Positions 1 through 13,390 are shown, counted from the first letter of the whole stretch. The stretch: DNA of 62,677 nucleotides, filler included, from Choristocarpus tenellus KU-1152 (GCA_964200185.2; 12 parts of 12 records of this genome joined end to end with filler, not necessarily neighbours in it); one strand, 5' to 3'. The notes: generated by a model not told the origin, from the letters alone. Translations and numbers: made by a program.

Positions 1-39
1 CCGTGGGTGGGTAATGTAAATGGCCTTTTCCTTTTTTTG

Positions 40-98
40 GGCCAAACGGACCCCCGGGTTTTAACCCCCCCCCCCCCCCCCTCCAGATACTTTGGGTC
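40..98 (+). mobile_element. MITE family A, right end (contig start)
   Basis: CCAAACGGAC motif, then C-tract and CCAGATACTTTGGGTC, the same terminus as the copy at 15910-16088. Confidence 0.8.
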
Positions 99-699
99 CA
101 TTTACAATGTAAAACACCATGGCAGAAGGAGAGAAAGGAGCAATTGACACCAGGGAGCACTGGAAAAGGTGAGGAAGGTGAGGAAGGTGAGGAGGGGGAG
201 GAGGAAGAGAAGGAGTACGTGAACAGTGATAAGCAACATGGAGGAGGGCAGAAGAATCTATTGGACATGGCATTCAGAGCTTTTGCAGCTAGCGCCAGGG
301 AGGACATCTGCTCAAACCTCCATGAAACCCTTTGGACTTTCGATGAAGTGGTTGATGTGATATAGTACATCAAAATATATAGGACAGAAGAATCAACACT
401 CACTGCTGTAAGGACTAAGATCACTCTCGACTAGGGGGAAGCAGGGGCTATCGTTGAGCATCATACTACATACTGAGTTGCGTCCCTGCCTTTCAATGCT
501 GCTGTTAAGAACAGACATTTCCACACCTGGCATCCAAGGGAATGACACCATTCATGACAAATATTTCGAAGTATTGAAATCATTGGTTCTGATTCACAAT
601 GTCCTCTGCACCTTCCATGAGAAAGACTAAGTGTATTCCTGAGTATGTGGTGTTTTGAATATTCCTCGTGCCGTTCACAACACCACACATGTCAAGACC

Positions 700-2600
700 T
701 TTTGCAACAGACTATGCAATACTACTCCGCTTGTTGAACCTTTCGACCTTGATCTTAGACCCAAGAGAGGAGCATTGGCAGGATGTGTGAGGAGCAGATG
801 TGGAAGATGGAGCCCAATTCACGTGCAAAGTACATGCGTATGGCCCGGAATGCAATGAACTCAAAGGAAACAAATGCACAGGTGCTTAGAGGTAGCTCAA
901 TTGCAGCACACTTTGATGTTTCACACTAATATCAATATTCCTCTATAGCACTCCCCAAGGTTTCAAATTTTAGAGGGTCCCTTCCTTGAAAGCAGAAAGT
1001 CTCTTTGAACAGTTAAAGCATGATGGAATTTTTTTGAGATTTTGTTAGTTCTCTTTCAATGATGACTAGAGTGTAAGTTCCATTTCGATATTTCAATGCA
1101 CATGCGACGATAATAAGTAGAATCGTACATAATTTTCCTTTGTGTTGGACACTTCCCCTCTAAAATGAGAATCCTCCCTGTATGTCAATCGTCAGGAGGA
1201 GGGGGCTTGGACTGCTGGACTAAAGAGATTAGTCAATGACGTGAGATACATGGCCTAGGCAGGTCCACTGTGTGTGTCTAGGTATTTGAAAAACATTTTC
1301 AAGCAGATTGGCACTTCGTTTGTGCCTATATCTTCGTCATCTTGCTTTTTTTTGTGTCCATCATGTGGAATGTGTTACTTTGTTGTACTCTGAAAGTGAA
1401 AGAGATATATGGAATCAGAACAATTTTTCTTCGTGAGGATATTTCTGGGTATACAAATCAAGTTCCATCTTGGATGAAGACGGAGTTCCATCAAATCACC
1501 AGTAAGGCAATATTTCATCGCCGTTCATGTGTCACCAGCAATTCCTTGTGTTTGAGTCGCTATTGCAGCTGAAAGGAAATTTGAAGTCCATACTGGAAAT
1601 TTGGGCATTCCATCAAATCCTGCTACTGACAAAATTTTACCTCCTTTGTTGGGAAAGTGGTGATATTGACTTTCACGTTTCAACCCCCTTCTACTACCTC
1701 ATCAGGATGATGATCAACATATCAGTAGGTCATCCAAGTGCTGTTGCCGATGTGGTGCAAGGTTGGTGGCACAGAAGGAGCAGGAGGTGGAGCAGGAGGT
1801 GGAGCAGGAGGTGGACCTGTCAGATGAGAGGATAGAGCATCAGCAAGACGGTGGGACATACACAGTCAGGTGTGCATACTTGACGACAAGAACATAACCC
1901 TGTTACCTCAATAGATACCCACAAGTCATTTGGCAGCTTCCTGTATCTTGTGAAGACCAATGTTGAGGACATTCCAACCTACATACTTCGAAGTAGTACA
2001 AACTATTGTCATACTGAATGAGAATTGTGATGTGTATAAGTTCATATGCTTACAGTGTGACTCTTCGGGGCGTCACACACAAGCATTGACGCACGCCATT
2101 CAAAGAGGAGATATTCACGCCATTGATGTGTCCTATCCCTACCACAAGAGGATGTCGGACCAGTCTCTTGCAGAGTACTGTCAAGGCCGTGTTGGTTGGA
2201 AGTATCTCGTAGGCCAGAGGTTGATGATGAACCATTTCAGGGTGCTAATCCATCAATGCACACGGATTGTATATACACAAATTTCATTGTATTGAACATG
2301 ACTTCAATGAGGTGGTTGCGAGGACGGTTGCATCATGAAATACAACATTTACTATTCCTTGAAGAATTTGGCAATCAAATATTGTTTGTCTTGTCTTTGG
2401 AGCAATGGAATAAATGACATGTGCGGATTGCTGGCTAGGCTCATGATCTGTAAACAATTCCATGGAGTGCAGCATATAGCCCAGGGGACACAAACCCTCG
2501 TCTTGAGGATGCAACTGCCAAAATTTCAAGACCCGATACAACACTACCAATGGGTGTATCAATAGTCTGCACAGATTCACTACATCATACTTCAAAATAT
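700..2600 (+). pseudogene. Highly decayed transposase-like coding remnant (family uncertain: MULE-like or KDZ-like)
   Basis: Broken frames with fragments IVILNENCDV, FFCVHH..SESERD, FHGVQH and QGTQTL that loosely resemble DDE-transposase motifs. Many stops and frameshifts; acidic tail downstream. Confidence 0.22.
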
Positions 2601-3211
2601 GAAGAAGCCCTGACTGACCTCAATCTTTTCCTCTGACTCTCACGTGTGAACTGTGTGCACAGAGAATTGAAGCTTCTCCAGTAAATGAATATTACAGATG
2701 GTTCAATAGATGTGGAGACACTTATATCAGACATCTCTCCTGTCCAAAAGAGGGCCTGGGATGAACAGTCGGAGGGTGAGGAAAGGTATGAAGAGAATGA
2801 GGAGGAGGAGATATCGATAGATTTGGAGATAGAAACTATCATAGACTCTTCGTCTGTCCAGTACTGTTCAGTAGTGGTCGTCAGATGAACAGTCTGAGGA
2901 CGAGGAGAGCAATGGTGAAGAGGAGGGAGAGAGAGTGAACGTTTCGAAAGAGGAGGAGGAGGAGGAGGAGAAGGAGAAATCTATTGCGGGGAAACGGAGA
3001 TATGATGATAGTTCAGACGATGAGGGGGAGGGGAGGGGCAAACAGCAACAATACCGATGATTCTTGTATAAGGAAGAGGCTCGCCGCCGCCCCCCCTCCT
3101 CAGCCTTCATGCCCATATACTACGTATCATGTACTGAGGGCTTATGGGGGGAGGGGGTGTCTTTCTAACAAGGGGAGTACTGTTGCCACTTTTGTTGCGA
3201 TATTGACAACA

Positions 3212-3311
3212 NNNNNNNNNNNNNNNNNNNNNNNNNNNNNNNNNNNNNNNNNNNNTTAATTAATTAANNNNNNNNNNNNNNNNNNNNNNNNNNNNNNNNN
3301 NNNNNNNNNNN
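3212..3311. other. Artificial contig linker N44-TTAATTAATTAA-N44 (also at 7205, 10315, 14533, 18708, 27708, 35797, 42875, 45993, 56447, 59749)
   Basis: Eleven identical 100-bp blocks. TTAATTAATTAA gives stops in all six frames, a standard concatenation spacer. Confidence 0.97.
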
Positions 3312-3416
3312 ATTTGGTTGCATACGTCGGATGATTACTGTAAATGCACTTTCCTGATTTTGACCCAAATGGACACCCTTGTGTAGGCCCCCCCCCCCTC
3401 CCAGATACTTTGGGTC
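3312..3416 (+). mobile_element. MITE family A, 3' half (contig start)
   Basis: Aligns with 26758-26864; ends CCCAAATGGACACC...CCCAGATACTTTGGGTC. Confidence 0.9.
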
Positions 3417-5029
3417 AAGGTTGATATTTTTTCCTGAGCATCGCCAGAGGCCCACTCAACACTCTAACAACAAGAGACAGCCCTTCATCAAAACCTCTGG
3501 GTGTTTTACCTACAACTAGCTCTGGGCATTCCTTCATCCAGAGATTGATTCAATTTTTCATATCTGAAGTATAAACTAGTACTAATAATATGCCAACTAA
3601 TATTCAAAATTCTCAGAGGATCTCGGTCAACAAACCAGTCTACTATTCACTCAAGTTCACATACAACTGGGTGTAACAATCCCAATCGGTGAAATATCCA
3701 CCACACTCCAACCACACCATCATTTTCTTCTTTTTTTTCTTTTCCATATACCTTCCTTTGCTCCGTAAACTGACAAACGATATATCCAAGCCAAAGTTTT
3801 GCCAAGTCTTGAAACCTCATCCTTACTACACCTACCCCCATAGAGCATCCCAGTCCCAATCTCGTCCAAAATATGTTTTGTACTTCTGTACCACCACAAT
3901 CTCAGATAAGCTACCACCTGCTGTGTGACAAGGTCTACCCTGCGAATTTTCATCGGAATGTAACAACAAAGAAGAAATTATCGTAGATGATGGCGAGGCT
4001 CAGGATGGGCGCGAGCAGTGTGAGGGGCGAGGAAATCCCACGTTCACAGTTTACCAACAGTCAAATGGCAACATCAACAACAAGCGCAGGAAGGCTCCCG
4101 AACCATTTTCAAACAAGAGCAACAACGCCTGGCCTCTCCGAAAGGGGGGCTATGACATCTCGCAACATCATCATCACAGGTCGGAGTATTGCAGCGACCA
4201 GGGGGATTTCACCACCATTTGAGCCGAGAGTTGAATCATAGAAGATGTTTCTTCATTTAGTCTGACCCCCTACCGCAAGAAGATGGGTGGTGAGATGACC
4301 ACCACACCACAAAGAGATGGTCCATTGTGGGGGTTCCACGCGTCTGGCATTGTTGTGAAAGTAATTGTGTCGGAATGGATACGTGATGAAAGTGTGAGCC
4401 TTTGCGACTGCCGTAAGCATTTTTGCGTGAGGAGGAAGAGGATGCATCAACCTCATCGCATGCCTGGTCTCTACAGCAGCCATTACAAGAACAGTAGTGG
4501 GTCTCATACATTATCGGTTATCTCACTGATGGGGGGAGTTTTAAATAGTTTGCGGAATGGAATGACCTTGATGACTGGAGTAGAACTTAACCACTGCAAG
4601 ATTCGCACAGATGAGTGGAAAGTACAGTACTAGCAATCAATGAGCCCCCTGCATTTACTTGATCGAGCCTAAATTATTGCTGAGTGTTGAAGGAGCAGCA
4701 GGGGGCTGTTCTAGAGGGCTTTGGGATGGGGGGTGAAATATACCGGAGGGTATGGGGATCATTGTACAATGACACAATTGTAGGTCGAGGCAAGATAGGG
4801 TAGCCAGCCAACAACCCTACCATTACATAAGCATCAAATGTGAGCAATGGAGTTCCACGCCAACGTTGTTATTGCGACGGTCTGACAAAAAAATACCAAT
4901 TTTCAAGAAGACCCTTCTCTCCTCATCTATCTCATCATCAAACAAGCTTCCAGAATATTCTATAAGAATCCAACAAAAGCACTTCTCCTTTGATAGGTCC
5001 ATCAATCTCTCACCTTGTCCACATTTTGT

Positions 5030-5150
5030 TTCTCATCCCTGCAGCGCTGTATCATAAAAGAAACGACACTGGGACAAAACTTCAACACTTGGAGGGTTTT
5101 CAGATGAGCCCATTGGGGCACGACTACAGTGCCTTGGGACTAACCCTTCC
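5030..5150 (-). pseudogene. Possible Ty3/gypsy reverse-transcriptase remnant
   Basis: Minus strand reads approximately GLI*KPSKC*SFVPVSFL..SAAG, resembling the GLxLKPSKCxF..V.FLG..VSAxG RT C-terminal motif. Short and broken. Confidence 0.3.
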
Positions 5151-5252
5151 CAATAAGACATGCTCGAAGTAATACTGTATTTTTATGAAAAGGATATCCA
5201 CCCTTACTCTCACACTGTTGAAAATGTGTACACTAAAAATATATATAGTAGA

Positions 5253-5515
5253 GAGTCGAAGGTAGCGAGAGGTACAGAGATTTCCATTACAAGGATGCTG
5301 TCAAACATGCCCAAAATTTGACTTCTTTTACAAATGGATACAGCGTATTTCCGAATTCTGTCGAAAAGTCTCAAAGAACAGAAAAATAAATTCCCTCAAG
5401 TCAAAACTTAGCACTCAATCCATAGAAATATGGGTGGGTGAATTACGTAAGATCGAAAAACTGGCTTCAAATGCAAAACGACCAAAACCTGGGTACCTCT
5501 CGCTTACTTCGACTC
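5253..5515 (-). mobile_element. MITE family C (~263 bp)
   Basis: TIR GAGTCGAAGGTAGCGAGAGGTAC ... GTACCTCTCGCTTACTTCGACTC. Reverse-orientation homologue of 60621-60883. No clean TSD. Confidence 0.8.
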
Positions 5516-7361
5516 TGAGCTTAATCTGCTTGGACACTACTCAAATATAGGCACGACAACACTGATTATTCCATCAACAAGAGGACAAGACTATCTTGAC
5601 AGGTTGAAGACAAATTTACCTGTCGCAGGTACTGTGATTCGAGGTCAAAGTCTTGCGCTTACCCCCACCCAGTCATGAGCAAATACCATCATTTGATAGT
5701 TACAGAAAACTGCACTACCACATAACTTGAGTTTGGGTCTGATAAGTTGTGGGAGGCCAAAGTACACATGGGTGGGAGCTCAAGGTTTTTGATCTAAAGC
5801 CGCCATCTCCAACAGAGGAGTGACGCAGGTTCAAGTCCGAGTTCACAGTACTCACTCTGTATCGTGGGTCCTAGGTTGACTATTGATCATATACACAGTT
5901 ACGCAGTAAGTCTTGCCAAAATATAGGTGCGAAACTAGCCTCATAGATGTTAAAGTATCCCCCCCCGCTAATGTATGGATTATAGAGATAAATACAGGAG
6001 TATTACCAAATGTTATAGAGTGATTATTACCATGCAGAGGGCACGACCATACAACGCCAAAACACCACCCTTGATAGAATTAATTGTTGTCTATCGGTTC
6101 GTATGAAAGAACAAATATAGATCAACAAACTAATAATTATTTATATCAAACTCTGCATGTATACTACCAATAATAATATCCGTTACAGTTGGAGGAGTCT
6201 ATTCGAACAACAGTATCTTAGAGGGAGGGTGTTTTGGTCAAGTCATTCATTTGGACTCGATCAGACATGTTTGCTTGTACAGCATGAAAATCACTAGAGG
6301 GGTCACACGGGTCCCAAACGGACGCCTATTATTAGACATCCACAGAAAGTTCTACAATTATCACAAATAAATCTATTCGTAAGTATCCATATCTACTAAT
6401 GTTTGAACCCATTCTTCATCAAAAGCATGAAGGAAAAAAACATAAATAAATCTAGTAACGTATACTATTTGAAACTTGAAGAACTATCCATGGACCTTCA
6501 GGAAGCACAAACACCAGCCCTGGGTCTGGGTCCACGTCCAAATACTGCGCCAGATGACAAGCTCAGTCACAAAACGTGAAAGACATTGCGAGAGCCACAT
6601 ACCAACCAGTGGCAGCAATATGGGTGAATGCTGTCCCAACACTCAGGTCAAAGGACTCTGAACAAGTAATAAACTACATATACCGTACCTCCAGTTCCTT
6701 CGCTTGCTTGTTTTCCTGAGAGTGCAATATTTGGACAGCAATGCCTTGCTGCGTATCAAAGCCATAGCGGCGCAGGTGGATGTCCTCATGTCATGTTTGC
6801 AATGGAGCGTACTCATGTCATCTTTCATATGAAACATGACACTCACACACACACACACGACAACGTATCACTTGGCCATGGTTTGGAGGTATACCTACAA
6901 ATACCTCAGAACAGATTTTACAAAATGAAGTTTTCCGAGTGGCAGTGGAGGCCCAGACTAGCACACCCGCTCTCCACACTAAGCTTTAACGTTCTTGGTC
7001 CACTGACCAGCACGGCAACATTGGACACCCCTACTGGTATTGCAGTTGACCGTGACTGAGGTGATGCAAACCGTGGTGCCTCAATGAGGGCGTGAGAGCC
7101 GGAGAAATTTGCCTTCGGCAGTTCTATCTCTTCTCCTGTGACGGCAGATCCCTTTGGTGTGCTTATGGGCCGTTCAGTAACTCCTTCAGATCCATTATCA
7201 CCCCNNNNNNNNNNNNNNNNNNNNNNNNNNNNNNNNNNNNNNNNNNNNTTAATTAATTAANNNNNNNNNNNNNNNNNNNNNNNNNNNNNNNNNNNNNNNN
7301 NNNNTCAATCATTGGGGCGTGATCCTGCAAGATATTGATCTGATTGATGACACTACGTTCA

Positions 7362-7540
7362 GACCAAAAGTATCGGGGGGGGGTGGGGGGTCTACACCAG
7401 GGTGTCCATTTGGGCCATGACAAGGAAAATTGCACTTACATCATCGATCCAACGTAGGCAACCAAATCACCCCAAAATCGCGACATGAAAAGAATGGCCC
7501 CAATTGGACAGCTGCCACCCCCTCCCAGATACTTTGATCC
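7362..7540 (-). mobile_element. MITE family A, full copy, reverse orientation
   Basis: GACCAAAAGTATCGGGGG...CCCAGATACTTTGATCC; body is the reverse complement of 15910-16088; TCA on both flanks. Confidence 0.9.
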
Positions 7541-9132
7541 TCATTGTGTGTATAAGCCAAGGAGTTGGAGAGAAAATTCGAAGATGAGCTAAGGGTGAAT
7601 CCTATGTATACACACACACACACACATAGATGATCATTTCCTACTGTTTTGCATTTTGATTCAATTTAGTGATCTTTCACAATTCAGCCAACCATGTTTC
7701 TATGAATGAAGTGTGAAATTTGACTCGAGGATGTTGATTTCTCCAATGTTTGAAAAGTTTCGACACAATTCAGAAAATATCTTATACGCAATTAAAAAAA
7801 TAATTCTAATTTTGTACATATTTGTCAACATCCTTAAAATGTAACTCTGAGTACCTCTCGTTTACTTAACTCTCTGTTCAGTACCAGCTTGGAACATTTT
7901 GCACGGACGAGGAAAAATGCTGTATCAGGAAGACATTTCTTGATCCTTTGCAGTGGGTGGTATATAATAGACAGACTAATTCAGATGTTGCTGAGATCTT
8001 AGGAAAATATCATAATGGGTTTTCCCTTCATCTTCACAAAAATATTATGAATATCTGATACCACCTTGTGCATTTATAGCCTACCCCGCAAACTGTTCCA
8101 GGTGATGCTGAGTAGAGGGAGTACTGGAAAATCTCCGTATTGGTTGGCAAGATCTTTAATATACTATACAGCAGTCCTTAACCCTAGCCCTATTTATGTC
8201 CCAAATTCCTGGTATAGTAGGTGATTGTGTAGTACGTGTATGCACTGAGGGTGCATGTAACAGGTTGAAAGTAGGGATGCTACAAAGTACAGCTGGTAGT
8301 ATAGTTACTGTATATATTAGTATAAAGTATTAGTAGTGTGATAGTGTAGTTGAATTCCTATATTCTCCAGGATTGCTGTGCAGGTAGTTTTACTATAGGT
8401 GCCACCTGACAATATACAATCTTCTGCTTTGTGGGACAAACGTCTGGGTCATGCTATTTGCTTTGCTCTACCCACATGTATTCTCCTTGCCCAATCAATT
8501 TCCGGCGATTGTAGTACCCAACCCTTCCATTCATCCCTCCGTCCAAAGAACTTCCCACCAATCCTTGATTTTTTTGCTTTGCATTACAAAAAAATAGCAA
8601 AGGTTTCTTCTTACCTTCCCTGACAGTCTTGGATCCCTTTTTAAACTGGTCTCTGATCAGAAAGACTTCCTCAGGATCATTCACCCACTTCCCTATTGGA
8701 CTGATGACGCCTACTTTCACCAGAGTTTTCTTCAGGATCATTCACACTATTCCCCAAGTAATTGACACATATTCACCCAAATCTACTGTGAATAATCCAA
8801 CACCATTCCCATTACGCACAGTGCAATGTAGGCTTAGTGGCAATTGCTCCATCAAATGATTAGTTCATTGGGAGTGGTACACCCTACACATTGTAACCTC
8901 CATCTTACATGTTACCAATTGCCTATTCAATTCCTCCTTCTGTCACTCAATCAAATTCAACTAAACTAAATTTCATCCTGATCCAGAAGTATCCACCCAA
9001 CCAAAATTTATTCCCTTACCAGCCAAAAGTATCTGAGCGATGGTGAGGGTGGGGAGGTTTAGAAAGATTGCTTGAGCTTATGTCCTCGCCGTCTTACGTT
9101 CTATGCCCCTCTTGACGATAAGACTACCCACC

Positions 9133-9391
9133 GAGCCAAAGTATCTTAGAGGGTAGAGCCGCGTCCATTTGGGTCCAAAACCCATTGTTGCGATTTTTAT
9201 GTAATTTTGTCTGTCGTTTTTGTTAAGGAAGTGTTAATATCCATATTCTGGACATAACTTTTCATGATGTATACACTTTACCTACTCCTAAACATTTTGG
9301 AGTAGGAAAATTTCATGAAAGAACCCATTGGAAGCCAAACCCCGAGTGGACAGACAGGGCAAAACTCATACCCTCTAAGATACTTTCGCTC
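9133..9391 (+). mobile_element. MITE family B (~259 bp)
   Basis: TIR GAGCCAAAGTATCTTAGAGGGTA ... TACCCTCTAAGATACTTTCGCTC; flanks CACC/CACT (near-perfect 4-bp TSD). Confidence 0.92.
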
Positions 9392-9893
9392 CACTCAGTC
9401 ATGTCTTCCTATTTATCCTTGTCATACCACACAAATCCTAGATTCCTTCTCTTTATATCTCATCTTAACAGTGTAACCCACATACTTTTGTGTCTTTTTA
9501 TGCTCCGAAGCTACTCTTAAACTAAACTGCCCTTCACTAATTCCCTTTCATGTCCTACCAACAAAAACCTCCCCTCTTCCTCACTTACTGATTTTCATCC
9601 CTCTAATCCTACCGGGAAAGAATTTGCTCTTACTCCACCAAACTTTGATTATTTAATGATTAAATAATAGATGTATCGTAAAAGAGTGATGATTCTTGTT
9701 TGTAACGCTACGATTGCACTTCAGCAACTGCATATGACAAGAACACAAAGGCCAGCGTACATTCTGAGAAGTGAGAAAAGTAAATACTATCTCCATAAAT
9801 GTATACTCCATATAAATATATATATGTATATAACCATACAATGTATCATGGGGCGAATGCATCCTATGAGATGTTGGGTTTCAATATGACAAA

Positions 9894-10157
9894 GAGTGAA
9901 AGTATCTTAGAGGGCAGGAGTTTTTCCTTGTTTGTTCATTTGGGGCTTGGATTCCCACGGGTTTTTCATGACATTTTCCTACTCCGAAATGTTTTGGGGA
10001 AGGTAAAATGTATATGTTATGAAAAGGTGTGTCTGGAACAAGGATATTAACACTTCCTAACAAACATCATAGCCAAAATTACGTCAAACTCTCAACATTG
10101 GATTTTGGCTGCTAAACGGACGCGGTTCTACCCTATAACCCTAAGATACATTGACTT
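9894..10157 (-). mobile_element. MITE family B, reverse copy
   Basis: GAGTGAAAGTATCTTAGAGGG start; body is the reverse complement of 13943-14201. Confidence 0.9.
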
Positions 10158-10231
10158 ATACACCTATATGCATTCAAGTAGATGTTTTGATTTTCATGCG
10201 TGCTCTCAACCTCCTCAATTGCATTAATATT

Positions 10232-10314
10232 GGCTCAAAGTAACTGAGGGGGGTGGCGGCTGTCCATTTGGGGTCAAGTTTTTCATGTTGCGAGTTTTGG
10301 GTGATTTGGTTGCA
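10232..10314 (+). mobile_element. MITE family A, left part (contig end)
   Basis: GGCTCAAAGTAACTGAGGGGGGTGGCGGCTGTCCATTTGGGG matches the family A left arm. Confidence 0.88.
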
Positions 10315-10456
10315 NNNNNNNNNNNNNNNNNNNNNNNNNNNNNNNNNNNNNNNNNNNNTTAATTAATTAANNNNNNNNNNNNNNNNNNNNNNNNNNNNNN
10401 NNNNNNNNNNNNNNGGGATTAAATTTTTTTAATTGTTCCCGTGGGTTTTCCTTCCC

Positions 10457-10490
10457 TCCCCCCCCCCCCCCCCTCCAGATACTTTGAGCC
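10457..10490. mobile_element. Family A-type TIR end (contig start)
   Basis: C-tract followed by CCAGATACTTTGAGCC. Confidence 0.75.
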
Positions 10491-11721
10491 AATATGTGGA
10501 GGATCAAATGAACAAAGGATCAGTATCACTATCCAGAGAATTAACATCAGTACATTGAGTCATTGGAGTAATGTAAAAGATGTGTGTTCACATAGCGATT
10601 GGAATAACTCAGTACGAAGAGATGATTGAGTAATGGTTGAGTGATGAGACTTTGGGAGAGAGTAGGCCCTGTACGGTTAGGTTTGCAAGATGGACGTATA
10701 CATATATATAAAACAAATAATGATCACATATTCTTCGAAAAAAATAGATTCTTAAGTAATTTTATACTCAAAACTACACAAATTTAGGTTAGTAAAAACT
10801 TCATTTTCATTGAAAAGAAAAGTAAATTATTATACTAATTTATTTCTTAATATGTAGCAAATAACGTACATGTAAATGTATCTTGAGAAATGAACGAATA
10901 ACTTACAAACAATTGAGTAAGTGTATATTGATTTCTATGCTATTACTATTAACGTAAATTATTCGTCAAAATACTATTAAAACGTCTATATTATTTCTGA
11001 ATCAAATGCTTTGAACATTTGAGTTAGGATTAGCTTTCCGACCATTTCGAGGTAGGAAGGCGAACCCGAGTATTGACCGAAGCCATATTTTTGTAAGCAT
11101 TGAGGGTTACAAAGAATCCACGGTTTTACTACAGGGACACCTTTTCTTGGCAGTTATGTGCCAAGAGTTAGTTGGAGAAACAGTTTGCAAAGAGATGAAG
11201 TATGGTGTTGACATGGCGAATTTAATAAGGAGAATATGAGCAGTGTTAGTTACGAAATGGAGGAGAATAAACAGTGGGAAAGGAAAAGGTGTAGAATGTA
11301 GGCCTTGGCAAAGTATTTGGAGACTTCGCCGAAAATGAAAAGGCTTACATAAAATCTTATATTTTGGCAGTCTGAGCCTTGGGTTGGACACACTTTATTT
11401 TAGTCAGTTGAGCAGAGACCATCACCTCAAGTGTCATATATCATGTACTGACACCTCTGACCGGTCCGCATAGAACCGGAACCACTACTGTGAAAAGGCA
11501 TAACCCATCAGATCTAAGCTGCACGAACACATTAGGAAGAGACCGCCCAAGGTACAGTTAGCCCCGAATCGAACACAAGTAATGTTAAAAATAGGCTACT
11601 ACTCATTCGATTTTCTTTGATACGGTAAAGAATCGTCAGTCAATAATGAACGTTGATTTGGTCATTACAATGGTCACTATTCCCAGGTACATCATTAGCT
11701 CATTAGCTCATTATCACAGCT

Positions 11722-11933
11722 TACTCAACCACTGTATGAACGTCAAAGTACAAAGGAAGCATGAGAACAGTCGCTACTTATCATACATATACAGGCATAC
11801 TATGTGCCACAGTAGTTACCTTAGATATACTCAACCACTGTATGAACGTCAAAGTACAAAGGAAGCATGAGAACAGTCGCTACCTATCATACATACATAG
11901 GCATACTATGTGCCACAGTAGTTACCTTAGATA
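11722..11933. repeat. Tandem duplication, 106-bp unit x2
   Basis: TACTCAACCACTGTATGAACGTC...GTTACCTTAGATA occurs twice with only a few substitutions. Confidence 0.95.
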
Positions 11934-12578
11934 TGGATTCAAGCTTGTCTTTTGTTTCTTCCTCATTTTGCTTCTTCTTTCTCACACAAGCTATCACTTG
12001 CATAGTATGTGTTGATTATTATTTTTACTTGACTGGCATTGCCCCCTCATAAGACACCCTACGATTCACTCTGCAATACGTGACCCTAAGCCTAACCCTA
12101 ATACGTGTAAGGCACACGCCAGGATGCAATATATGTATACACAGAGTTTAAAACATCCTTCGAAATCCTTCTCAGCCAATGTGACAAGCCTCTTCACAGA
12201 GGATGAATATCTTCATTTGAGCGTCTCAATGAATGACCACACACTTTCCATCAATCACAGTGTGCTTGAGTAAAATATGCTGCCAGACGTCCCAGTACAC
12301 ATTTCACTTCAACCAAAGTCAGACTGAGCAAAATATCCCTTCAGACGCACCAGACTGAACCCGCAGGTGTCTTGTTGCACTATGACACACACCTGTCTCT
12401 AAACGTGTTAATCACAGCACAACAAAACATACTTTCACATCGAACATTGTCTGATTGAGTAAACAAGCCATCAGACCTACCAGAACAAATTCATCAGTGT
12501 TTTGTTGCACTATGATCCTCTCCGCCATAAACCAGAACATCTTCATGACGTTGCAGGACGCATAACTGGGTCCCCGCG

Positions 12579-13390
12579 TTGTGCCCCTTCAGACTGTCAT
12601 CATCCCTGACTTCACATACCTTCACCGCAACGACCTGGACAAGACATTCACAATCCTGCTTGGTCAGTACCAGAGGTTCACTTCAGAATCCAACCGGCAA
12701 TTCCCTCGGTGGGAAACCTGCTCGCTTCTCAAGGAAAATCAAACTTGGGGACACATTCGATGCCAGGTTCAACCGAAGCACCAACTCTATCCTACGCACA
12801 AGTGGGGGGGCTATCGTACAGGGGGAGGTCCTCGATGCTCGTGTAGACGATTCAAGGGGCATACATCTACTACTGTGTCCTACCTTCCAGACGATGGTGA
12901 AACCTCTTTGCCCCCTGAACTGAGGTCGTACATGACAGAGGACGAGATCGAGGAGGGAGTCGAAGAACTTCGGGAGAAGAAGAAGAGGGACAGAGATGAA
13001 GGTGCAGCCCAGCGTGTCAGACAATGCCACCCTTCAGTTGTTAGCCGCCAGGAGAAGCATATGGACGACAAGAAGGATACCGAGAAATACATCCTCCCGG
13101 AACCGTCACTGAGGGCTGTGCCAGACTTGGATGAGGGAGAAACAATCTATGCCAGTGTTGAGGGCAGAGGATTATACTATAGATGGGACGATCAGTGGAT
13201 GCGAGGGACCATGATCAAGTACCAGCCCGACGACACCATGAGAGTTGGAGAGGAGCGTATCAGCTACCCCTACGAGGTAAAATGGGAGAATGGCGAGTTG
13301 AGAAATATCCAGCTTCTTAGGTGGAACGATAAAATACAGAAGAAGATGCTCCTACGCAGGCGAGAGACACGGCTTTCAGGAGCTATCTAA
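12579..13390 (+). CDS. Intronless ORF or frameshifted pseudogene with acidic/basic coil and C-terminal Tudor-like (SH3-fold) segment
   Basis: 269-aa ORF. C-terminus VEGRGLYYRWDDQWMRGTMIKY...YEVKWENGE has the W..G.I...Y.V.W..G pattern of Tudor-like domains. The N-terminal part reads better in the overlapping 12579 frame. Confidence 0.45.

Noticed and set aside
3256-3267. Recurrent palindrome TTAATTAATTAA as a biological repeat or CRISPR-like unit
   Set aside because: Always centred in identical N blocks; it is an artificial six-frame stop linker.
10232-10490. One family A element spanning the linker
   Set aside because: Both ends are GGCTC-type and the flanks (TATT/AATA) are not a direct duplication, so these are probably two different copies.
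11400-11600. Solo LTR or structured ncRNA on the minus strand
   Set aside because: Only an AATAAA, a small hairpin and a B-box-like string; no second copy, TG..CA ends or TSD could be established.
11722-11933. CRISPR array
   Set aside because: Two contiguous 106-bp units with no spacers, in a eukaryotic context.
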